Source: a virus (lineage: Duplodnaviria > Caudoviricetes). Taken from it: DNA of 36,634 bases. Below the pieces are notes generated by a model. The model saw only the letters and a list, made by a program, of their open reading frames with translations. It was not told the DNA's origin and made no database searches. Positions 19,831 through 27,207 of this stretch are shown here, piece by piece (within the stretch, counting starts at the first letter, position 1; the number at the start of each line of letters is the position of its first letter). Position numbers and translations under genes: made by a program. The stretch lies in the IMG/VR virus record IMGVR_UViG_3300011339_000950, positions 1 to 36,634 of that record. One strand, given 5' to 3'.

Positions 19831-20538
19831 TTATTCAGTTATAGTTATTTGTCCGTATTCTATGCTATTATCAACATAATTAATGTCTCGTATCCTAGCT
19901 ATAGCAGTAAGTATTCTTTTCTCAATAGCCATTGATCTTGCAATAGCACCATCAACTCTAAATGGTAGTCTTAACGCATAGATAGATCCGTGACCTCTTA
20001 ATAAATCTTCATTAGTAGGAACTTGCTCAGGACTTGGCATATCAGAATATACAATCTGAAAGCCTGTCTGTAATTGAGGAACTACAGAAGAAATATAATC
20101 ATGTCTAGTTCCCCCCGCTCTAGCAAATACCAATGTTTCAGAAACTCTTTCTATATTATCTAAAGAGTTATGGTAAATTACTAGATTATAAATTATCTTA
20201 ACACCTTGTAATTTGTAAGTTGTTACCTCGTCTTCTGGATTATCAGGATCTGGTGTATCACTTACAAGCTTCGGTACATAAGAAGTTCTAGTTAAATCAT
20301 TACTTATATCATAATCTCCTCTTGTCACAGTAGCAAAAGGGAATTTTAAATTCTTGTTAGTACTTGTATCCTTATCTCTTTCTTGCAAAATTCTAACAGC
20401 ATCTGCAAAAGTAGCTACAGGACAATAAAATACTTGATTGTTATTAACCCAAATAGTTGGATCCAATCCACTTAATATGGCAAAGAAATATTTACCTACT
20501 TCATTATGTATTTCTGCTAATGTGGATTTTATGGCCAT
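19831..20538 (-). CDS. Tail terminator/sheath stabiliser (gp15-like)
   Basis: Position before the sheath; L.FPFATV.R, V.I.Y.L.IY pattern. Mostly inferred from gene order. Confidence 0.55.
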   Translation of the reverse strand: MAIKSTLAEIHNEVGKYFFAILSGLDPTIWVNNNQVFYCPVATFADAVRILQERDKDTSTNKNLKFPFATVTRGDYDISNDLTRTSYVPKLVSDTPDPDNPEDEVTTYKLQGVKIIYNLVIYHNSLDNIERVSETLVFARAGGTRHDYISSVVPQLQTGFQIVYSDMPSPEQVPTNEDLLRGHGSIYALRLPFRVDGAIARSMAIEKRILTAIARIRDINYVDNSIEYGQITITE

Positions 20539-20540
20539 TA

Positions 20541-20825
20541 TTAAGCAGAAATAGCAACAGGATTATCCTTATTAATAACTCTGATATACATGTTACCGTT
20601 CTTATAAACAGTGTCAGAGAAATTAGCGCCGTTAGAGTCAGTAACATCGAAAGGAAGATCAGCAGTTGAACCACGTGTCATGATCATCATAGCAATAGAT
20701 CTTTTTCTATTATAGTAGATTTTACCATCAGTTGATAAGACGCCATAAGTGATTGCTGCTGGAGCAAACAAAGCATTCTCAATCATTTCTTTAGCGATTG
20801 GTCTGAAATCTTTTTTAGTAGTCAT
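20541..20825 (-). CDS. Hypothetical protein, possibly a head-internal protein
   Basis: 94-aa ORF; N-terminus FRPIAKEMIENA; preceded by the GACTnGT motif. Confidence 0.55.
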   Translation of the reverse strand: MTTKKDFRPIAKEMIENALFAPAAITYGVLSTDGKIYYNRKRSIAMMIMTRGSTADLPFDVTDSNGANFSDTVYKNGNMYIRVINKDNPVAISA

Positions 20826-20854
20826 ACGGTTTTGTAAATTTATAATTAAAATTC

Positions 20855-20878
20855 TTACTAAGACTAGTCAATTAGTAA
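20855..20878. promoter_or_regulatory. Imperfect palindrome centred on GACTAGTC (candidate promoter/operator)
   Basis: TTACTAA-GACTAGTC-AA-TTAGTAA in an intergenic gap; the GACTAGT lies 37 nt upstream of ATG 20825. Confidence 0.45.
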
Positions 20879-20907
20879 TATGAAAACAAATAAGTATTAA
20901 TAGATTT

Positions 20908-21369
20908 CTAGCCAAGAGTCCAAGTGTTGTTTCTAGATGGAACGCACTTAGCAACCTTTGAATAGCCAGTATCTAAATGTTTTTGTTCTACAGAGAGAAC
21001 TCTCCACATCATTGCTTGAACCCCTTCTCCTACTTCTGCGTACCTATTAGGCAAAGGGATTTCAATTATAGTATCAATAGGTAAATGTTCAGTAGTTTTA
21101 ATTTGAACTTCTAAGGGTAAATCATTTTCAACATTTTCCCCTAGAATATCAATTATTTGGTAATATTCTTTAAAATGTGGTACAACAACTATTTGTGATT
21201 CTACTCTAGCCTCATTATTAGTATCTTGATCGCCAAAAGCATCTAATTGATTTTCGGAGTTAGGTTTATATATTCTAACTTCTATTCCTGTATTATCTAT
21301 ATATTTATCTCTCAATGATGCTTGATAAGCTGCGGCTCTATTACCAATTGTTCTATAAACGGTGCCCAT
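20908..21369 (-). CDS. Head closure/neck protein (gp14-like)
   Basis: I...GIEVRIY, D.FGD, beta-rich C-terminus WRV.SVE; between head and tail genes. Confidence 0.5.
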   Translation of the reverse strand: MGTVYRTIGNRAAAYQASLRDKYIDNTGIEVRIYKPNSENQLDAFGDQDTNNEARVESQIVVVPHFKEYYQIIDILGENVENDLPLEVQIKTTEHLPIDTIIEIPLPNRYAEVGEGVQAMMWRVLSVEQKHLDTGYSKVAKCVPSRNNTWTLG

Positions 21370-21634
21370 TGATTTTGATTAAATTATTTTCTAAATAGAA
21401 AGATACATTCTTAGGTTTATTCATTTCAATAAACTTCTTTACTATTTTAATTCTTTTATTAGCTTGTTCATTTCTAAGATTAACAAAAGAAGAATCATCA
21501 GAAAACCACTTGCCCCTAGAATCTCTATGAACTAATCCAATTTCCACTATATTTTCATCAGAATCAGTCTTAACTATCTCGTAGACTTCTAGTGATTTAT
21601 TGAGAAAGTTCTTTATATGAGAAACTAGGTACAT
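21353..21634 (-). CDS. Hypothetical protein
   Basis: ORF track; tight packing. Confidence 0.5.
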   Translation of the reverse strand: MYLVSHIKNFLNKSLEVYEIVKTDSDENIVEIGLVHRDSRGKWFSDDSSFVNLRNEQANKRIKIVKKFIEMNKPKNVSFYLENNLIKINGHRL

Positions 21635-21636
21635 GG

Positions 21637-21957
21637 CTATATGTTGCTAATAAATTTGTTTATTTCTAATAGAATAAATTCTTCTATTTTTAATAACAGT
21701 GCTTTACTGAAATTATAATTAGCTAAATCTAAATAGTTCTTACTAGGAGAATAAATCCCCATAATTTTGAACGGAGTATTAATTATAATGAATTTCAATC
21801 CACAAACTTCTATTGTAGTTCTGCCTATCTCTTTCTTAATTACAGAGAGGTCAGACATCTGACTATTGTTTTGCAAATAGTCAGATATCCCAGATAACTT
21901 ATCGTCTATAGGTTTAATTGCTTCAATGAACTTTTCAGCTAATTTTCTATGTTCCAT
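21637..21957 (-). CDS. Hypothetical protein, possibly a head-internal protein
   Basis: N-terminus HRKLAEKFIEA. Confidence 0.55.
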   Translation of the reverse strand: MEHRKLAEKFIEAIKPIDDKLSGISDYLQNNSQMSDLSVIKKEIGRTTIEVCGLKFIIINTPFKIMGIYSPSKNYLDLANYNFSKALLLKIEEFILLEINKFISNI

Positions 21958-21979
21958 GTCAGTTACCTATTAATTAAGA

Positions 21980-23035
21980 TTAAGAAGATTTTTTGTCGTC
22001 TTCATCTTCGTCTTCATCATCAGAATCAAAAGAAATATCCGAATCTGAATCATCTTCCATGTCGTCTTCTTCGTTTTGAAGTTTAGGATCTGGTTGTTGA
22101 TCTTGAGAAGTAGTTACGTCTTTGTCGCCTTCCATATCTTCAGCATTATCTTCAGTAACGGCTTTCTCGTTATCAGTATCATCAGAATCTTCACCGTCTT
22201 TTTGCATATCAGCATCAGAAGGAGTAGAATCCATACCATTAGCAACATCAGTCAAGAAGTCAAGAAGATCAGATAGATCGGTAGGCTCCATAGAGTCTAA
22301 AGTTTGACCATCTTCAAGACCAATATCATTAAGAGTTAAATTTCTTTCAGACATGATAGCTGTGATTTTAGTAATCAAATCTTCTTTAGACATAGTAGGA
22401 ACATCAGTAGCTGGAGCTTGTGCGTTAGCAGATTGAACAGCTGAATCATCACCCATATCATCTTCACAGATAACATATCCTAGAGATTCAACGCTTCTAA
22501 CCTTCTTAACTCTCAACACATTAACTTTACAGTTAACAGCTGATTCAAGAGTAGCTACAGGTTTATCTTTTTGGATCAATTCAAACTTTTCTCTTACAGA
22601 AAGAGATTTGTTGATACGCTTAACTGGAACTTCGAAAGATTCTAATTTACCATTAGAAGAAACAGATTTAATAGATCCATTTAACAATCCTTTAACTAAT
22701 TTAGAAGAGTCAAGACCTTCATGAACTAGAGCATTAACAATAGAGATTTTTTGTAAATCTCTAGATTTAGCAGATTCTTTAAGATCAAAGTGAGATTCAA
22801 GAGCAACATGCTTCAAGAAATTCTCGAACATTGATTTTTCAGTGAAGTTTAAGTTGAATTGAACTTTCTTTTCAACAACTTTAGAGCCATTAGTAACTCT
22901 TTTAGTTCCTTCAGAAACAACATAAGGATTACCAGATAAATCAACTTGTAGTTTTAATTTATCACCTTTGTTGAAAGACACATTACCACTTTCAGTAGCA
23001 AGAGTCATTTTATTTAACGAAATTAATTTGATCAT
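21980..23035 (-). CDS. Acidic-tailed protein, probable prohead core/scaffold-associated protein
   Basis: Many hydrophobic-x-E sites (LATES, ALES, LKES, KLES, TLES, SVES), D/E-rich C-terminus, and a 19-aa peptide shared with the protease-scaffold. Confidence 0.6.
   Translation of the reverse strand: MIKLISLNKMTLATESGNVSFNKGDKLKLQVDLSGNPYVVSEGTKRVTNGSKVVEKKVQFNLNFTEKSMFENFLKHVALESHFDLKESAKSRDLQKISIVNALVHEGLDSSKLVKGLLNGSIKSVSSNGKLESFEVPVKRINKSLSVREKFELIQKDKPVATLESAVNCKVNVLRVKKVRSVESLGYVICEDDMGDDSAVQSANAQAPATDVPTMSKEDLITKITAIMSERNLTLNDIGLEDGQTLDSMEPTDLSDLLDFLTDVANGMDSTPSDADMQKDGEDSDDTDNEKAVTEDNAEDMEGDKDVTTSQDQQPDPKLQNEEDDMEDDSDSDISFDSDDEDEDEDDKKSS
22076..22132 (-). repeat. 57-bp dispersed coding repeat, copy B (EGDKDVTTSQDQQPDPKLQ)
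   Basis: 52/57 nt identical to 27910-27966; all five differences are at third codon positions. Confidence 0.95.
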
Positions 23036-23084
23036 ATTAAATTTTTATTTAATTAGTTTATATTGATTGGGTATTATTTTAAAT

Positions 23085-23477
23085 TTATAAAATACTATTA
23101 ATAATTATATTTGTTTTCGAGACTATTTCTTCTGAAGCTAAACAAACCCTAGCCATTTTATCAAGAGTAGTCATCTGCACTCCGAGTAACTTTGGTTTTA
23201 AATGTTCACTATCACCTTCATTAAACTCTGTATCTTCATCCTCTGTTAATTCAAATTCACTAGGATGAACATTATCTAATACTTTAACAATAACATTCTC
23301 ATCTCTAATTTCAAGAACATCACCGATGTCCCCTATATAAAGTCTATCACCTTTCTCATTTTTATAAAGAGAAACCGGATCATCTTGTTCTAAATTAACA
23401 GATTTTCCATTAAGACATCCTAAAACTAAATCTCTAGTTACGGCAAATTTTGGGTCGATGTGTTCAAGTATTATCAT
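23085..23477 (-). CDS. Hypothetical acidic protein
   Basis: ORF track; tight packing. Confidence 0.55.
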   Translation of the reverse strand: MIILEHIDPKFAVTRDLVLGCLNGKSVNLEQDDPVSLYKNEKGDRLYIGDIGDVLEIRDENVIVKVLDNVHPSEFELTEDEDTEFNEGDSEHLKPKLLGVQMTTLDKMARVCLASEEIVSKTNIIINSIL

Positions 23478-23490
23478 ATGAGTATTTTAA

Positions 23491-23997
23491 TTATCGTTTA
23501 AATGTATAGTGGGTTTGTAGTGTCTTTTGAGAAGTAATACCTTTTTCTTGTAAAAACTTAGATAAGAAAATCAAATGTTTACATAGACCAGGAATATTAC
23601 TAGGATTCTTGTATGGACGACCCTTAGGTGGCGGAGGAGTCTTTCTTTGGTATGTCTTTAGTCTGCCACCAAGTAATGCTTTAGCTTTTTTATTAGGATA
23701 AGCAAAGTAAAAGAAATATGAATCACAACTGCATCTTACCATAGCTCGAGAAGTACCGAGAACTGGTTTATCTTTAGCTGGATCTTCAACTCCTGTGAAA
23801 AGGATGCTGGTAATGTATGCTTTATTACCTTCAGAAGATCTTATTTGGCTATTTATTTGTTTAGTTTTTAAACCTCGGAAGTTAACGATCTTCAATTGAT
23901 CGACTCCGATACTCTTAGCATCATAGCCATGAAATGCCACAGGAAGAACTTTCTGAGTTCCTCGTATTAATTCTACAATAGTAGGCATATTATTCAT
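23491..23997 (-). CDS. SWIM-type zinc-finger-like protein
   Basis: VRCSCDSY...NP...PGLCKHL gives the CxC...CxH ligand set; strongly basic. Confidence 0.7.
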   Translation of the reverse strand: MNNMPTIVELIRGTQKVLPVAFHGYDAKSIGVDQLKIVNFRGLKTKQINSQIRSSEGNKAYITSILFTGVEDPAKDKPVLGTSRAMVRCSCDSYFFYFAYPNKKAKALLGGRLKTYQRKTPPPPKGRPYKNPSNIPGLCKHLIFLSKFLQEKGITSQKTLQTHYTFKR

Positions 23998-24349
23998 TAT
24001 AAAGTTTTATAATCTCTTTAAGAGATAGATTATTGTTAAAGTTTTCTAAGACATTGTCCATGCCAGATAACTTAGTTTTAAATTTAGTTACAGAAGACTC
24101 AACTAATTTATTACTCATTGTTATGGTCTTAACAAAATTCAAATCTTTTTCTCTGTAACACATTACAGATAATCTGTATTTAGAATTCTCTTTAACCACA
24201 TCAGTGAATGAAACAAATAAATTGTTTTCTTTCTTGGCTTTAGCTAAATTATTAAGTATATCTCTTAAGTATTTATCATTCTGACTCATTAAGTCAACAA
24301 CTACTTGGCTACCTCTTAGATCCCCTAAACTTGAAGCTGTTGTGGACAT
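23990..24349 (-). CDS. Hypothetical protein
   Basis: ORF coupled to the upstream gene through a TAATG overlap. Confidence 0.55.
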   Translation of the reverse strand: MSTTASSLGDLRGSQVVVDLMSQNDKYLRDILNNLAKAKKENNLFVSFTDVVKENSKYRLSVMCYREKDLNFVKTITMSNKLVESSVTKFKTKLSGMDNVLENFNNNLSLKEIIKLYNE

Positions 24350-25098
24350 TATGAAAATATAATTGGAGTTATAGCCATGTCATTTAAGTCTTTCTCTAAG
24401 CTTTCTTTCAATTCATTGTATTTCTCTTTTAAGAAATCAATATTCAAATCAAAGTCACCCTGAAGATTTATAGCTGATCGTGCCGAGATGATTATGTCAA
24501 GGTACTCAAAACAAGTCATCCTTGCGAACAGATCTAGATGATTATGTTTTAGATAGATCAATTCAGCATCATCAAATCCAAATCCATGAACTACAGCAAC
24601 TGTCCCCTCTATGTAAGGAAGAACATACTTAACAGTGTTTGTAACACTATCATGTTCAAAATCAAGATCACCAGTTAAGATTTCATTATTAGTTTTATTT
24701 AATAATAATTTATCTAAATCTGGATATGATGTAGTTCCACCGTTGGCAACTGGCTTACCCAATAGCATAGTGTCAATACCACTATATTGTGGTAAATCAA
24801 ATCTACTATTCTGATCTATTCTCAAAATGCCCAAGTAGTAAGCCGCATCTTCGATAGTATCATTATTGAAAGCAGAAGTTTTTAGTGTTGAGATGTTAGA
24901 TGATTTGACAGAACTGTCATTGACTGAGATGTTAAAACATTCTCTAAATTGATAAGGGAATGTTTTCCAGTATCTTACATTAGCAAATGATATAGCAGAT
25001 GGAACTGCAGCTGCCTCTTGTTCGGTAGCTGCAATTACCACATCGCCTATCATGGCTTTAACTTTATTCTCGATGTAAGCTACTTTATCTAAAGCCAT
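24349..25098 (-). CDS. Head completion/neck protein (gp13-like adaptor)
   Basis: Two genes after the capsid gene; C-terminal LN.D.L..K..EL.E.L.......PI pattern seen in T4-like adaptors. Inference. Confidence 0.5.
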   Translation of the reverse strand: MALDKVAYIENKVKAMIGDVVIAATEQEAAAVPSAISFANVRYWKTFPYQFRECFNISVNDSSVKSSNISTLKTSAFNNDTIEDAAYYLGILRIDQNSRFDLPQYSGIDTMLLGKPVANGGTTSYPDLDKLLLNKTNNEILTGDLDFEHDSVTNTVKYVLPYIEGTVAVVHGFGFDDAELIYLKHNHLDLFARMTCFEYLDIIISARSAINLQGDFDLNIDFLKEKYNELKESLEKDLNDMAITPIIFS

Positions 25099-25119
25099 AA
25101 ATATAATTTACTTTTAAAA

Positions 25120-25635
25120 TTACTTAGACTTTTCTTGTCTAGGCTTTCTAGTTTTAGGAGCTTCAGGAGTTTTAACTTCCTCAATGCTTCCTTCAACTTT
25201 AACTTCTTCAGCAGTAACTACAGGAGCAACAGCTTCGTTAGCTACACTTGGGTCGATAACAACATCAACTTTAGGTTCTTCTGGAGTAATAACTGGTTCA
25301 GCAATTAATTCTGGAGCAGAAGGTTCAGTGATAGCTGGTTCTGGATTTAACAATTTTTTAGTATCTTCGGCAGCAGCTGCTAGTTCTTCAGCGGTTGGTT
25401 CAATATAACCAGTTGCACTTGGGTTAGCTTCCCATTGTTCATAAGTCTTGCTAGTTGTACTAGGCAATCCTCTAGATGGCTCTTGTTCAATCTCTAATTT
25501 CCTTAAGAATCCATGATCAACTAATTTATCAAGCTGAGGGATGTCAGTAGAGAAATTTAAGCCAAATTCAGTAATAGAATACTCAACAGCTTTAATCTTT
25601 TTCGCACCCTTATTAGGGAAATATGCAATACCCAT
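25120..25635 (-). CDS. Hypothetical protein with Glu/Pro/Ala-rich disordered tail
   Basis: Short folded-looking N-terminus, EP-rich repeats, basic end (KTRKPRQEKSK); follows the capsid gene. Confidence 0.6.
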   Translation of the reverse strand: MGIAYFPNKGAKKIKAVEYSITEFGLNFSTDIPQLDKLVDHGFLRKLEIEQEPSRGLPSTTSKTYEQWEANPSATGYIEPTAEELAAAAEDTKKLLNPEPAITEPSAPELIAEPVITPEEPKVDVVIDPSVANEAVAPVVTAEEVKVEGSIEEVKTPEAPKTRKPRQEKSK

Positions 25636-25667
25636 GTTTTATATGTATTTAAAATTAATATTCTTAA

Positions 25668-25693
25668 GGGGAAGGCTATTTCTAACCTTCCCC
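25668..25693 (-). terminator. Stem-loop downstream of the capsid gene (terminator or mRNA stabiliser)
   Basis: Minus strand GGGGAAGGTTA-GAAA-TAGCCTTCCCC: 11-bp stem with one G-U pair, GNRA loop, followed only by TTAAGAATATT (weak U tract). Confidence 0.75.
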
Positions 25694-25711
25694 AAAATTC
25701 TTTAATTACGA

Positions 25712-27184
25712 TTAAGCACCGTAGTTAGAGATAGTTCCTTTGTAGTAGTAACCAGCGTTATTAACGAACAGGTCATACAAGCTCATCAAACCTTTCTCGT
25801 TAGTTAGAGTAGGTTGTTGAAGAGTAGGAGTGAAATAGATCGGAATCCATTCAGCCAAGATGGTAGCAGAATCACCAAATTGGAATCCTTTGAAACCGAC
25901 GATATAGGTGTTAGCATTCATTCTTAATGATTTGATAACAGCTACAGATCCGTCACGGATAGTACCAATTTTGTAAGCACCAACTTTAGGAGACTTAGGT
26001 TCTGGTTTGAAATCAAGAGATTGCTCGAAGATGTTAGCAGCGTTTTGTCCGCAAAGGATAAACGAAACACCACCACGACCATTAGCAGCTTGAATCAAGT
26101 TTTCACCTTGACCAACTTTAATACCAATCTCAGAGTAGAAGTCACGCTTAGAGTAACCAATACCAGAAGTGCTAGCATCGAAATTCAAAGTAGAAGAAGC
26201 AATAGCGTTGTCATTGATTAACTTAACCAATTTTTGATCTCTTTCTTCTTTTATGAAGTTAGCAGCCAAAACTGTTAAAGTGTCTTCAGTGTTAACGCTC
26301 AAGTGAGCATCAAGTGCTAGACCAGCTTCAACTGAGTATTTGAATTTCAATGGGTGAGCTTTAGCTTGCACCGGAATTAAACTCAAATCGAACTCTACTG
26401 AACGAATTTGTGATTCGTTTTCGTCAGCATGATAGAAGTAAGAAGCCAACACACGATTAGCGTTACCAGGAGTAACTGAAGTAGTTACAGAGATAGCACC
26501 AGTTACGTAGTTAATAGTACCCGCAGAGATACCAGTACCAGTGATAGTGCTAGTAGTTTGTCCTGGAATACCATTATCCACACCCTTAGTAGCAGCTTGA
26601 CCTTCAACAGTAATTACTAGAGTACCTGGACGGATTTTAGCTGGAGATAAAGTAGCAGTAAAAGTTACATCATCAGCATCAGAAGTACCTACAACGAATG
26701 AAGTTTTTTCTTCAGAAGCGTAGTTATAATCTGTAGTGTGATTTTTGAACATTTCGTCTTTAGCAGTTACACCATTGAAAGTGTCAGAGTAACGAGGCTT
26801 AATAACGAAAACTTGTCCAATTGAACCAGCCAAAGGTTGAATGTCAACGATGTCTTGAGCAATTTGGTTAGGATAGAAAATTCTCACAACGTCCATTGTG
26901 ATTTTATTCAATTGTCCTAAGCTAGCTTGAACAGTTGATTCTCCCCAAGCGTTTTTGCTATTCTCGATGAAAGCTCTTTGTTGCTCCATCATGCGAACAG
27001 TTAACGCACCGCGATATTGTTCAGAAGGATTTTCTGACTCTAACAAGTTAGAAAGATCAGAATACTTCTCTTTGTAAATCTTATTGCTATCAAAAGTAGC
27101 ACAAGATTCTTTAATTATTGCTGCTTTAGCGTCAACTTTTTGTTTTACGCCAGCCGTAGCAACTGATTCGTGTAAAAGACCCAT
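25712..27184 (-). CDS. gp23: Major capsid protein (gp23-like) with inserted beta-module
   Basis: VVR..YPN.IA.DIV.IQPL.G..GQVF...PRY, V.AK...LK..YS.E....L.A, I..E.D, RG...F...G, KG....D......WIP. Confidence 0.96.
   Translation of the reverse strand: MGLLHESVATAGVKQKVDAKAAIIKESCATFDSNKIYKEKYSDLSNLLESENPSEQYRGALTVRMMEQQRAFIENSKNAWGESTVQASLGQLNKITMDVVRIFYPNQIAQDIVDIQPLAGSIGQVFVIKPRYSDTFNGVTAKDEMFKNHTTDYNYASEEKTSFVVGTSDADDVTFTATLSPAKIRPGTLVITVEGQAATKGVDNGIPGQTTSTITGTGISAGTINYVTGAISVTTSVTPGNANRVLASYFYHADENESQIRSVEFDLSLIPVQAKAHPLKFKYSVEAGLALDAHLSVNTEDTLTVLAANFIKEERDQKLVKLINDNAIASSTLNFDASTSGIGYSKRDFYSEIGIKVGQGENLIQAANGRGGVSFILCGQNAANIFEQSLDFKPEPKSPKVGAYKIGTIRDGSVAVIKSLRMNANTYIVGFKGFQFGDSATILAEWIPIYFTPTLQQPTLTNEKGLMSLYDLFVNNAGYYYKGTISNYGA
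26432..26700 (-). repeat. Beta-rich module in the capsid, paralogous to the sheath insertion (19033-19290) and baseplate insertion (7731-8437)
   Basis: GTSDADDVTF vs GTSDNDDVTF; ITGTGISAGTINYVTGAISVTTSVTPGN vs ISGTGIASGTINYATGAISVTTSVTPGN. Confidence 0.92.
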
Positions 27185-27207
27185 ATTGTTTTTATTTAAA
27201 TTTATAA

